Assembly (NCBI GenBank): GCA_902777015.1
Contig: CACYSA010000003.1
Span: 77,471-141,470 of the forward strand
Length of the DNA stretch: 64,000 nt
Direction: 5' to 3'
From: an uncultured Erysipelotrichaceae bacterium
GTDB taxonomy: Bacteria > Bacillota_I > Bacilli_A > RFN20 > CAG-826
The notes under the pieces were generated by a model, which did not search any database, was not told where the DNA came from, and worked only from the letters and a program-made list of their open reading frames with translations. Of the stretch, positions 18,962-28,289 are shown piece after piece (the first letter of the stretch is position 1; each line of letters opens with the position of its first letter). The translations under genes and the position numbers were made by a program.

Positions 18962-19261
18962 ATGAAAATCACAAAGCAATTAAACAATAAAGAATTAACA
19001 CTTTATCTCGAAGGTGAACTTAATAGTTCCACCGCTCCTGAATTTGAAGCCGTGATTAAAAGTGATTTAAATAATGTCGAATCTTTAATTATCGATTTAG
19101 CGAAATTAAGCTATTTATCTTCCGCTGGTTTACGTGTCCTTTTAGTGGCCCAAAAAATCATGAATAAAAACGGTAAGATGGTCATCCGTCACGCCAATGA
19201 AGATGTGATGGAAATCTTTAATCTTACCGGTTTCGCTGCAGTTTTAGATTTTGAAGACTAA
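18962..19261 (+). CDS. STAS-domain protein (SpoIIAA-like anti-sigma-factor antagonist)
   Basis: MKITKQLNNKELTLYLEGELNSSTAPEF...DLAKLSYLSSAGLRVLL...NLTGF. The start was moved to the ATG at 18962, which matches the SpoIIAA-family N-terminus. Confidence 0.8.
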   Translation: MKITKQLNNKELTLYLEGELNSSTAPEFEAVIKSDLNNVESLIIDLAKLSYLSSAGLRVLLVAQKIMNKNGKMVIRHANEDVMEIFNLTGFAAVLDFED

Positions 19262-20127
19262 ATCCTTTTAATTATTACGTTTTCTTGCGTAATTCTAAAT
19301 GGCGTTCTAGCGTTAACAACATCTCGACAATAGTCGAGTGTTTTTTTCATTTTATTAGCTAAAACATTAAGTCCTGCATAAATGACATCGTTATCTGTGG
19401 AAACAGTCATCACAAACTCTTTTTCTTCCACTTCTAAGTCTTTAACCGCTTCGTGTTTCATGAATTCGATTAAATCGATTTCTTCCACTATTTTGCTTAA
19501 ATCATAAATGGCTTTTGAGTTTCTAGAGGCGGTGACATCAATTTCATCAGCGAGTCTTACTAATGCCGCTAAATATGGAAGACAAATGGTATTACCACTT
19601 GGTACTTTTAAATCGATTGGATATTCTTTTTGGTCATATAAGTCTGTCTTACGATGGCCTCTAGAAACTTGAATAACAGCGAATAAATGTTGCTCGCTTG
19701 GGAATTCAAAGAATTTCGCGTATTTTTTTAAGAATTGACCACTGTATTCGTGATGGAAATTTCTGACGATTTCTGGATAATTATCACGTTCATGTGTATC
19801 AAAATAATTGCCAAAATCGATGTTTTTTGAGAATTCATCAAAATCATGATGAGAAATACCCATACCTGTATCATGGAAATAGCAGCCTAATAATAAGACA
19901 TATATTTCATCAGCGTTTAATTTATTAATTTGTTCCCCGATTAAACCGTTACAGAAATCAATGACATTGAGGGTATGAAGTTCAGTGTGATCAGTAAAAT
20001 CTGGGAAGATTAATTGATAATTAGAAAGAATTTGTTGTAACGCAAAAACGGTATCCGAGAACAATTGATGTAAATGTGGATTCAGTTCTTTTAATCTTCT
20101 TTCTAATAAGAAGTCACTATTTTTCAT
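19258..20127 (-). CDS. HD-domain metal-dependent phosphohydrolase, function unknown
   Basis: H..H (TELHTLNV), CYFHDTGM, NFHHEYSG and LVRLADEID motifs; 289 aa. Confidence 0.7.
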   Translation of the reverse strand: MKNSDFLLERRLKELNPHLHQLFSDTVFALQQILSNYQLIFPDFTDHTELHTLNVIDFCNGLIGEQINKLNADEIYVLLLGCYFHDTGMGISHHDFDEFSKNIDFGNYFDTHERDNYPEIVRNFHHEYSGQFLKKYAKFFEFPSEQHLFAVIQVSRGHRKTDLYDQKEYPIDLKVPSGNTICLPYLAALVRLADEIDVTASRNSKAIYDLSKIVEEIDLIEFMKHEAVKDLEVEEKEFVMTVSTDNDVIYAGLNVLANKMKKTLDYCRDVVNARTPFRITQENVIIKRI

Positions 20128-20163
20128 ATCTTAATTTTAAACCTCCTAGTGTAATCAGTAAAC

Positions 20164-20188
20164 AAAAAATACCCTGTTTTCTAACAGG
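20164..20188 (-). terminator. Rho-independent terminator downstream of hemW, 14 nt upstream of the HD-gene SD
   Basis: Minus-strand CCUGUU-AGAA-AACAGG followed by GUAUUUUUUG. Confidence 0.7.
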
Positions 20189-20255
20189 ATATTTGCTAGT
20201 TGAAACAATTATACTGAAAATTTCGAACTCTTTTTGAGTTCACCCTCTTTGATAA

Positions 20256-21353
20256 TTATATCAATTTAAGAATAATCTGGTCTAAAATCATCATGCCTTC
20301 ATATGTCGGGTATATCTCTCCTTGATGTTGGACGAGATAGCCTTCATTAATCAGTTCTTTAATTGTTTCCCACTTATCATAGAGATTAACGCCGTATTTT
20401 TCTTTAATTGATTGGATGTTTAAACCAAGCTTGTTACATCTTAATCTCAGCATGATTTCATATGTATATTTATCTTTAATAGTTAATGTTTCTTTTTCTT
20501 CAACATATTCACCTTTTAGATATTTATCTAAATTGATGGTGTTTTTGTAGCGGACATCACCAATATATCCCGCAGCGCCTAATCCACAACCATAATATTC
20601 CATATTGGCCCAATAATTGATGTTATGAGCAGAATAAGATACACCATCATTTTTAGCCCAGTTAGATACTTCGTAATGATCAAAATCTTTTTTAGCTAAA
20701 TAATTATTGACAGTATCATATAATTCACGCATTTCGTCACCTTCCAGCTCTTTATAACCTTGGTTATATAAAACTGTATGAGGATGAATTGTTAAAGCAT
20801 AACAAGAGATGTGTCTAATACCTAATGATGTGAGATTATCTAAATCTTTAATTAATAATGACTTGCTACTATGAGGAAGGCCTAATATTAAGTCAACATT
20901 GATATTATCAATGCCGTATTGTTGCAATAATCTAATCGCAGTCTTAACATCTTCGTAATTATGTTCTCTATTAATGGCTTTTAAGACTTTTTCGTCAGTG
21001 CTTTGGACCCCAATTGAGACACGGTTCACACCGTACTTCTTTAATAATTTAATCTTAGACTCACTTAATGATTCTGGATTAGCCTCAATTGTATATTCAT
21101 AAGCACCAATGCTATAGCGGTGAATTATTTTTAATAATTTCTCGAATAAATCATCATCTAATGCCGTTGGTGTACCACCACCGACATAGATTGTTTGTAA
21201 CATCCCAATATCATATTGCTTTAATTCTTTTTCTAACGCATCTAGATAGGGAATGGCGAATTTACGAAAATACTGCAACTTAGTAAAGTCGCAGTAATCG
21301 CATAATTTATGACAAAACGGAATATGAATGTATAAAGAATGAGGCCTATTCAT
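20256..21353 (-). CDS. hemW: Radical-SAM heme chaperone HemW (HemN-like, oxygen-independent coproporphyrinogen oxidase family)
   Basis: MNRPHSLYIHIPFCHKLCDYCDF (CxxxCxxC). The start was moved to the ATG at 21353; the upstream extension overlaps the preceding gene. Confidence 0.88.
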   Translation of the reverse strand: MNRPHSLYIHIPFCHKLCDYCDFTKLQYFRKFAIPYLDALEKELKQYDIGMLQTIYVGGGTPTALDDDLFEKLLKIIHRYSIGAYEYTIEANPESLSESKIKLLKKYGVNRVSIGVQSTDEKVLKAINREHNYEDVKTAIRLLQQYGIDNINVDLILGLPHSSKSLLIKDLDNLTSLGIRHISCYALTIHPHTVLYNQGYKELEGDEMRELYDTVNNYLAKKDFDHYEVSNWAKNDGVSYSAHNINYWANMEYYGCGLGAAGYIGDVRYKNTINLDKYLKGEYVEEKETLTIKDKYTYEIMLRLRCNKLGLNIQSIKEKYGVNLYDKWETIKELINEGYLVQHQGEIYPTYEGMMILDQIILKLI

Positions 21354-21561
21354 CTTCTTTATATTCACTAATTTGTTTGGCGGTCTCTTCGTCTTTGACA
21401 TCTTCAAGAACACGAGACATTTCATCTTGAAGAATTTCTTCTTCACTTGGTTTTTCTTCTTTTAATTTTGGACGTAAGAAACGATAAATAATGAACGCTA
21501 ATAAAGCGATGATTGCAGTAACGCAGATAACAATTATGAGGATTAATATTCCTTTAGGCAT
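21346..21561 (-). CDS. Small single-pass membrane protein with an acidic C-terminal tail
   Basis: GILILIIVICVTAIIALLAFIIY followed by a K/E-rich tail. There is an 8-nt overlap with the hemW start. Confidence 0.5.
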   Translation of the reverse strand: MPKGILILIIVICVTAIIALLAFIIYRFLRPKLKEEKPSEEEILQDEMSRVLEDVKDEETAKQISEYKEDE

Positions 21562-21572
21562 TTTATTTCTCC

Positions 21573-23102
21573 TTATTCTCTTTCAACAGGGATATAAACA
21601 TATTTATTTTTAATCTTTTCTTTGCGATAGTAAAGAAGTTCTGTTAAATGATCCATACTTGTTCTAGCTGTTTCATAAGCACAGTGCAATGATTTCTTAT
21701 ATTGGGCAATGGTATATTTTTTGCCTTTAGTGCAGTGTCTAGCGTAGAATTTAGCTTCGCCTTTTTTAAGTTCAGGATCTCTTTCTAAGAGGTCTTGTTC
21801 TAAAAGAACAGCTTGCTTTTCATCTAAGGCCACTGGAATATAAGCAACCGCTAATTCTTCTTGGACATAAGTCACTTTAACAGTTTTCTTTTTAGGTGCT
21901 TCAATGGCTGGTTGTTCAACTTCTTGTTTAACTTGAACAGGTTCAGGTTTATATTCTTCTTTTTCTTGTTGAACTTCAATAACTTTTTGTTCGATGACTG
22001 GTTGATTTTCTTCCTCTTCCTCTTCATCTTGCGCAGCGAATAAGTCCATTGTTTCAACTTTATTTGATGAAGGAACTTCCACTTCAGCGACAGGTTTTTC
22101 TTCATCGACTTGATAGAAGTCTTCTCTGACGTCTTGGACTTTAGCTTGCGCAATAGCGTCCATAAAGGCATCGCAGTATTTATTTAAATGTTTAAAGACA
22201 TAATCAATAAAGTATGTGATGTCCGCTGTTTTTTGGACTTCAACATAGATTCTAGCGACTTCTTCCTTAGGAAGGACTAATAATCTTTCCAATGGTAAAT
22301 CAACGATTGTATCGCCAAATGATTCATGAGCGAGAACAGCTTTAGCCATTAAGACCGCTACTTCTTCAGAATATTGGGCAAATGGTTTGATTAAATTGAT
22401 ATAGAAGAAAGTCACAATGGCTTTCATAGAGGCAGATAATGTTGATGAAGAGATGAATGTGAACAATGAATTCATCATTGGTTCAATGAGATTAACTGGT
22501 GCAGAAGTATAGATACGATCAATTAAAACTCTATTTTCTGGATTTCTATCCTCACTTGTACGATAGAAAGAAGTTAATTCTTCTGTACCTAATAATTTAG
22601 CGTATAATTCAGCGAGGAAATCTTCATCAATAGGATTGACAAAAGAACGCTTAATGTAGTTTAAAGATTTACGATAATTAACTAAGAGCATATTAGTAGG
22701 AATAGCACTCACTACTTCTTCACGCATAACGCTAGAAATAAAGCCATCATCCACGCTTAATTGTTCAAATTCATTAAGTAAATCAAGAATCTCTTTTTGG
22801 AATGTGTAATTAATGTTTTTGAATTGTTTGCTATTAGGAAGAACCATTGAATAATCGCGGTTCACTCTAATGAGCTTATTTTCAAGATTATTGACTAAAC
22901 TATTGATTGCAGGACAGCCACAGAATAAGAGCATGTTCTTTTCAATAGTGCGTAATGTTAAATAATGATAAAAGTTTGAGCGATAAGATAAGATATTGCT
23001 CCAAAACGGATCAACGGAAGACACCTTAAGTTCGCGGCCTACCTCTAATTTGGTCGCGTATTTGTCTTCAGTAAAACGCATTGCATAATCGTTTCCTGCC
23101 AT
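21573..23102 (-). CDS. Hypothetical protein: possible degenerate Fic-like domain, an acidic/Pro-Val-Glu linker and a C-terminal winged-helix-like domain
   Basis: FFYINLIKPFAQYSEEVAVLMAKAVL occupies the position and spacing where Fic proteins carry HPFxxGNGRxxR. The C-terminus YETARTSMDHLTELLYYRKEKIKNKYVYIPV resembles Fic-associated wHTH tails. This is pattern recognition only. Confidence 0.35.
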   Translation of the reverse strand: MAGNDYAMRFTEDKYATKLEVGRELKVSSVDPFWSNILSYRSNFYHYLTLRTIEKNMLLFCGCPAINSLVNNLENKLIRVNRDYSMVLPNSKQFKNINYTFQKEILDLLNEFEQLSVDDGFISSVMREEVVSAIPTNMLLVNYRKSLNYIKRSFVNPIDEDFLAELYAKLLGTEELTSFYRTSEDRNPENRVLIDRIYTSAPVNLIEPMMNSLFTFISSSTLSASMKAIVTFFYINLIKPFAQYSEEVAVLMAKAVLAHESFGDTIVDLPLERLLVLPKEEVARIYVEVQKTADITYFIDYVFKHLNKYCDAFMDAIAQAKVQDVREDFYQVDEEKPVAEVEVPSSNKVETMDLFAAQDEEEEEENQPVIEQKVIEVQQEKEEYKPEPVQVKQEVEQPAIEAPKKKTVKVTYVQEELAVAYIPVALDEKQAVLLEQDLLERDPELKKGEAKFYARHCTKGKKYTIAQYKKSLHCAYETARTSMDHLTELLYYRKEKIKNKYVYIPVERE

Positions 23103-23185
23103 AAAAAATACCTCTATATACCTTAATGATATAAGAAGTAATTTTTATTTACAATAATAATTTCTAAAAAACTACTAATTTTAAA

Positions 23186-25003
23186 CTAATTGTCTTCTTC
23201 TTCATCGATGGAAAGAATGGACATAAACGCTTCTTGTGGGACTTCAACGGAGCCGACTTTCTTCATTCTCTTCTTGCCTTCTTTTTGTTTTTCGAGAAGT
23301 TTCTTCTTACGAGAAATGTCACCACCATAGCACTTCGCTAAAACGTCTTTTCTCACCGCTTTAACATCACATCTAGCAATGACCTTGCCGCCTATAGCGG
23401 CTTGAATTGGAATCTCAAATTGTTGACGTGGGATGACTGTTTTAATCTTACGAATAATGCCTAAACCACGGTGATAGCCATCTGGACGATAGATGATACT
23501 ACTAAGAGCGTCCACCACTTGTCCGTTAAGTAAGATATCAAGTTTAACAAGATCCGCTCTTTTATAATCAGAGAAATCATAGTCAAATGAAGCGTAGCCT
23601 TTTGTGTAACTTTTGAGCTTATCAAAGAAGTTATAAACAATCTCACTTAATGGTAGTTCATAGGTTAATATCATACGTGTATCATCGAAGTAATCTAGAT
23701 TCTCGTAGATACCTCTTCTTTCTCTGCATAATTCCATAATTGGGCCGATATATTCTTTAGGCGTCATGATATTAGCCCTAATATATGGTTCTTCAATAAA
23801 TGAGATTTTTGAAGCATCTGGTAATTTACTTGGGTTATCTAAATTGATGACTTCACCGTCAGTCATATGCACGTGATAAATGACACTAGGAGCGGTCAAG
23901 ATTAAATCAAGATTATATTCTCTTTCTAATCTCTCTTGCACCACGTCCATATGTAATAAACCTAAGAAACCACATCTAAAGCCAAAGCCTAAGGCTTGGC
24001 TAGTTTCTGGAATAAACTGCAATGAAGCATCGTTAAGTGTTAATTTTTCTAAAGCATCTTTAAGGGCTTGATAATCATCACTATCAACAGGATATAAACC
24101 ACAGTAGACCATTGGATTCATAATTCTATAGCCTGGTAAAGCTTCACTTGCGGGATTATCAACTAAAGTGACTGTATCACCAGGATGAACGTCTTTAATA
24201 TCTTTAATCTGCGCGGCAATATAACCGACTTGTCCAGCTTCTAAGACACTTGTCTTAACTTCTTTAGGAGTTCTAATACCTAGTTCAATAACTTGATATT
24301 CTTTATTAGCCTGCATGAGGCGAATCTTATCGCCAACTTTAACAGAGCCATCTTTAATTCTCACTAAAACTATGACGCCTCTATAAGGATCATAATAACT
24401 ATCGAATATTAAAGCCTTTAAAGGGGCATTTAAATCGCCATGTGGGGCTGGAACACCTTTCACTATAGCTTCTAATAATTCATGAACATGTAAACCTGTT
24501 TTCGCGCTGACTTCGACAGCTTCATCACAAGGAATACCAATCTTCTTTTCGATTTCCGCTTTCGCCATATCAACATTAGCGGACGGCAAATCAACTTTGT
24601 TGATAACTGGTAAGATTTCTAAATTATTATCGACCGCTAAATAGGCGTTAGCGAGAGTTTGAGCTTCGACACCTTGTGTGGCATCCACCACTAAAAGAGC
24701 ACCTTCACAAGCGGCTAATGAACGTGATACTTCGTATGTGAAGTCGACGTGTCCAGGAGTATCGATGAGATTGAAGACATATTCTTCACCATCATCGGCT
24801 TTATAAGATAATGTCACAGCGTTTAATTTAATCGTGATACCTCTTTCTCTTTCTAAGTCCATAGAATCGAGAATTTGGTCTTTCATTTCTCTAAGTTCCA
24901 CCGCGCCAGTCAATTCTAAAATACGGTCCGCTAATGTGGACTTACCATGATCAATATGGGCAATAATTGAGAAATTTCTGATTTTTTTCTGTGAAAAATC
25001 CAT
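23186..25003 (-). CDS. lepA: Translation elongation factor 4 (LepA)
   Basis: [32 protein letters not shown] and the LepA C-terminal domain. Confidence 0.98.
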   Translation of the reverse strand: MDFSQKKIRNFSIIAHIDHGKSTLADRILELTGAVELREMKDQILDSMDLERERGITIKLNAVTLSYKADDGEEYVFNLIDTPGHVDFTYEVSRSLAACEGALLVVDATQGVEAQTLANAYLAVDNNLEILPVINKVDLPSANVDMAKAEIEKKIGIPCDEAVEVSAKTGLHVHELLEAIVKGVPAPHGDLNAPLKALIFDSYYDPYRGVIVLVRIKDGSVKVGDKIRLMQANKEYQVIELGIRTPKEVKTSVLEAGQVGYIAAQIKDIKDVHPGDTVTLVDNPASEALPGYRIMNPMVYCGLYPVDSDDYQALKDALEKLTLNDASLQFIPETSQALGFGFRCGFLGLLHMDVVQERLEREYNLDLILTAPSVIYHVHMTDGEVINLDNPSKLPDASKISFIEEPYIRANIMTPKEYIGPIMELCRERRGIYENLDYFDDTRMILTYELPLSEIVYNFFDKLKSYTKGYASFDYDFSDYKRADLVKLDILLNGQVVDALSSIIYRPDGYHRGLGIIRKIKTVIPRQQFEIPIQAAIGGKVIARCDVKAVRKDVLAKCYGGDISRKKKLLEKQKEGKKRMKKVGSVEVPQEAFMSILSIDEEEDN

Positions 25004-25006
25004 AGA

Positions 25007-25417
25007 TTAATAACTTGATGATAAACTGCTAACTGCGCTATTAGCGGCACTATTATGACTAGCTAGAGGCAATATAAACATTACGCCAATGGCAACGACG
25101 ATAACAACTGTTGCGCAAATTAGGAATGCTATCGCATAAGGAGCGTTTTTCACTCTTCTAAGCATCACAACGGAAAATGGAATAACTGGTATAGCAAATC
25201 CAGCGGAAATAATACCAACCATGATTGTAATAATGTAAATGAAGCTTATTCCAACGGCTTTGCCAATGGCTTCTCCTAAACTACTACTTTGTTCTTGAGA
25301 TGATTTATAAACGAGTCTCATGCATTCAAAATTTGAGTAAAATTCAAAAATTAATGCTAAAACAGCAAGTCCTAAAAATATCGAAGAAAGGATAATGAAA
25401 ACTTTATTTGATTTCAT
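25007..25417 (-). CDS. Hypothetical 4-TM membrane protein
   Basis: Four hydrophobic segments and a Ser-rich C-terminus. No recognisable family. Confidence 0.45.
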   Translation of the reverse strand: MKSNKVFIILSSIFLGLAVLALIFEFYSNFECMRLVYKSSQEQSSSLGEAIGKAVGISFIYIITIMVGIISAGFAIPVIPFSVVMLRRVKNAPYAIAFLICATVVIVVAIGVMFILPLASHNSAANSAVSSLSSSY

Positions 25418-25931
25418 CTTGTTTTTCCTCCTCTTTATTCACTTCATTATTTTCATTTTGTTGATCTTCTTTGCCTTCTTCATCTGGCACTTCTTCTTCA
25501 ACGACCGCGGCTAAAATGCCTGGAACTGGATGATAGAAATGATAAAATCCTTCGAAGATATAGCAAGCACATAAATAGAGAATGGCAATTGGGAAACCAA
25601 AGCGTAAGATGTTTTCATCTTTGGTTTGACTAATAATGCAATATAAATCAAATGTCACCATGTATAATCCCGCGGGTAAATGTAAACATTTATCAAGCAA
25701 GGATATCTTCGGTCTTCTCTTTTTTGAGGCTAATGCCCAAATAAAATCAGTTATGACCCATAAACCACCAAATAATGTAATCCAGTTAATAACTAAATGA
25801 CGGGTTTCGTTTGTGGGAATAACTTTGGTCATTTTAAGAATCGCGATGACTAAAAAGACAAGGGCGATAATAATTAACTCACCACTATAGATGAGTTTGG
25901 CTTTTGTTAATGCGTCTAATTTCTTTTTCAT
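25404..25931 (-). CDS. Hypothetical 4-TM membrane protein with an acidic tail
   Basis: Hydrophobic segments plus a C-terminal EEEVPDEEGKEDQQNENNE tail. It overlaps the next gene by 14 nt. Confidence 0.45.
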   Translation of the reverse strand: MKKKLDALTKAKLIYSGELIIIALVFLVIAILKMTKVIPTNETRHLVINWITLFGGLWVITDFIWALASKKRRPKISLLDKCLHLPAGLYMVTFDLYCIISQTKDENILRFGFPIAILYLCACYIFEGFYHFYHPVPGILAAVVEEEVPDEEGKEDQQNENNEVNKEEEKQDEIK

Positions 25932-25958
25932 GCTAACAATATTAGCATTTAATCTTTA

Positions 25959-28289
25959 TTAAATAAAGAATTCCTTTAAAATATCACTGACTTCTTTAGG
26001 GGAGAAGGCTACTTCATATTGCTGCCATTCGCTTTTAAATAAATCGCGATATTCGTTATTTAAATAACGTTCATCAATTAAAAGAACTGCACCTTTATCT
26101 GTTTCACTTCTAATGACTCTGCCTATCGCTTGCATGACTTTATTCATGCCAGGATTCAAGTAAGCATAGTTATAACCTGATTGTTCTTTCGCATCATAAT
26201 ATTTTGATATTTGATCACTCACAAAGTTAATCTTAGGCATGCCGATGCCAACGATAACCGCGCCGATTAAACGGTCACTCACTAAATCTATGCCTTCGCC
26301 AAATGCCCCACCGACGATGACAAAACCTAATGTTGTTCTTTCTGGATGAGGTTTGAAGTTATCTAAGAATATTTGCTTATCTTCATCAGACATGTCTTTT
26401 TGTTGTTCATAAACATCGATATCTTCTAAATCGATATATGGCATGAGTTTACTTAGATATTCGTAGCTTGGTAAAAAGATGAAATAGTTACCTACTTTGT
26501 TTTTAACAAAGTCTTTGATGTAATCAGCGACTTTTTGATAAGAAGTTTCTCTATTTTTATATCTAATTGACACATTAGGGGCGATGATTATTTTCAAATT
26601 GTTTCTTGGGAAAGGAGATGGTAATAATAACTGGGCATCTTCCTTTTTGCCCCCTAACATATCGACATAATATTCAATTGGTGATAATGTCGCTGAAAAG
26701 ATGACACTACCTCTTAAGTCTCTTAATGATTTACCTAAGAAATATGAAGCATCAAGACACGCTAGATGGAGCAAAATATCATCTTTAGTGATTTGATAAT
26801 ATAAGAGATAACGATCATTAACAAATTCAAGCATTCTATTAAAGCGATTCACTTCTAAATAGAAGTTTAATAGTTCTTTACTGACTTCTTTATTCTCGTT
26901 TTTGTTCACATCTTGCATTGTGGTAATAAATGAAGAAATGGTTTTATATGTATATTCATAAAACTCGTCAAGAATGTAATTACCTTCATCTTTACCTTCA
27001 TATTCTTTGAACATCTTGTTCATTTTAGAAAGAGCGAGTTTTAGTTTATGTAATTTACTATGACGAACAGACTTACGCGCTTCTAAAAACATCTTGTAGG
27101 ATAATGAAGCGCTGTACATATCGCGAGAGCGGTCCACTAGGTTATGAGCTTCATCCACTAAAGCGAGGAATGAAGAAGTATCTTCATCAAAATAACGCTT
27201 CATATAGGAGATAGGATCAAATAAATAGTTATAATCGCAAACGATGATGTCACAGAATAAAGATAAATCTAATTCAAATTCAAAAGGACATATTTGATTT
27301 TCATACGCTAGTTCAGTAATGGTCTTTAAATCAAAGTCATCATAATTTAGTAAAGCATAACGTAAAACTGTTTGAATCTTATTATAGTATTGTTTTGTAT
27401 ACGGACATTCTTCTGGATTACAGGCTTTACCTTTGCAAAAGCATATTTTATCTTTTGCGGTGATGATAATATCACTAAGTGATAATCCTTTATCTTTTAG
27501 TATTCTAATCGCTTGATGAGCGGCTTCTTTACCGCTTGTTTTAGCGGTTAAATAAAAGATCTTACTTTCTTCATCATCTTTTATAGCTTTTACAAATGGG
27601 AATAAGGTCGAAATTGTTTTACCAATGCCAGTTGGTGCTTCCACGAATAGGCGCCCTCTTTTCTTAGTAATAGCGTAAGCATATTTAGCGAGTTCTCTTT
27701 GTCCTTTACGGTATTTTTCAAATGGGAATTTTAAAGATTCGATACTAGCGTCTCTTTGCTCTCTTTTATTAAAAATAATGTTATAAAACGAAAGGAATTC
27801 ACCGAGTAAATTCATAATGAATTGCTCTAATTCAGCGATGTTAAAATAGTATTGATCAATGAGTTGTTCTTTTTCTTTACCTTGACGAATGTAAGTTAAC
27901 TTAATGCCGATATATTCTAGGTTAGTTTGTTTCGCAAACATATAGGCATAGCACTTAGCTTGGCCCAAATGCCATTCCAAATTATCGTCATGAAATATCT
28001 TTAGATCTTCCACTGTTGTTTTGATTTCATCGATAACGTATTCTTTTTCACTTCTTTTAATAACACCATCAGCGCGTCCTTCTAAAATGATATTTACTTC
28101 ATCAACAGTTATTGACATCTTTAAAGGGAATTCAGCGAAATAGTCTTTATCTTGTTTATTTTGATAAACACTATGGAGACGACTACCTTCGGTCATTGAT
28201 GAACGATTAAAAACGCGATTATCAATATCGCCTGTTCTTAATAAAAAGTCCACCAATTGGTGTACGCTAAGTCGAAGATATTTCTCCAT
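25959..28289 (-). CDS. Fusion of an N-terminal PD-(D/E)XK (RecB/Cas4-like) nuclease with an XPD/DinG-family Fe-S superfamily-2 helicase
   Basis: Nuclease motifs: EGRADGV, IDEIKTT and QAKCYAYM. Helicase motifs: EAPTGIGKT (motif I), the Cys cluster CFCKGKACNPEECPY, CDYNYLFDP, VDEAHN (motif II) and RVIRSETDKGAVLLID (motif VI). Confidence 0.8.
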   Translation of the reverse strand: MEKYLRLSVHQLVDFLLRTGDIDNRVFNRSSMTEGSRLHSVYQNKQDKDYFAEFPLKMSITVDEVNIILEGRADGVIKRSEKEYVIDEIKTTVEDLKIFHDDNLEWHLGQAKCYAYMFAKQTNLEYIGIKLTYIRQGKEKEQLIDQYYFNIAELEQFIMNLLGEFLSFYNIIFNKREQRDASIESLKFPFEKYRKGQRELAKYAYAITKKRGRLFVEAPTGIGKTISTLFPFVKAIKDDEESKIFYLTAKTSGKEAAHQAIRILKDKGLSLSDIIITAKDKICFCKGKACNPEECPYTKQYYNKIQTVLRYALLNYDDFDLKTITELAYENQICPFEFELDLSLFCDIIVCDYNYLFDPISYMKRYFDEDTSSFLALVDEAHNLVDRSRDMYSASLSYKMFLEARKSVRHSKLHKLKLALSKMNKMFKEYEGKDEGNYILDEFYEYTYKTISSFITTMQDVNKNENKEVSKELLNFYLEVNRFNRMLEFVNDRYLLYYQITKDDILLHLACLDASYFLGKSLRDLRGSVIFSATLSPIEYYVDMLGGKKEDAQLLLPSPFPRNNLKIIIAPNVSIRYKNRETSYQKVADYIKDFVKNKVGNYFIFLPSYEYLSKLMPYIDLEDIDVYEQQKDMSDEDKQIFLDNFKPHPERTTLGFVIVGGAFGEGIDLVSDRLIGAVIVGIGMPKINFVSDQISKYYDAKEQSGYNYAYLNPGMNKVMQAIGRVIRSETDKGAVLLIDERYLNNEYRDLFKSEWQQYEVAFSPKEVSDILKEFFI

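Noticed and set aside
21860-22175. ORFs on both strands (21861-22043 +, 21872-22171 -) within the linker of the 509-aa protein.
   Set aside because: They arise from the GAA/GAG/AAA-rich low-complexity coding stretch. They are reading-frame artefacts of the Glu/Lys/Pro/Val linker.
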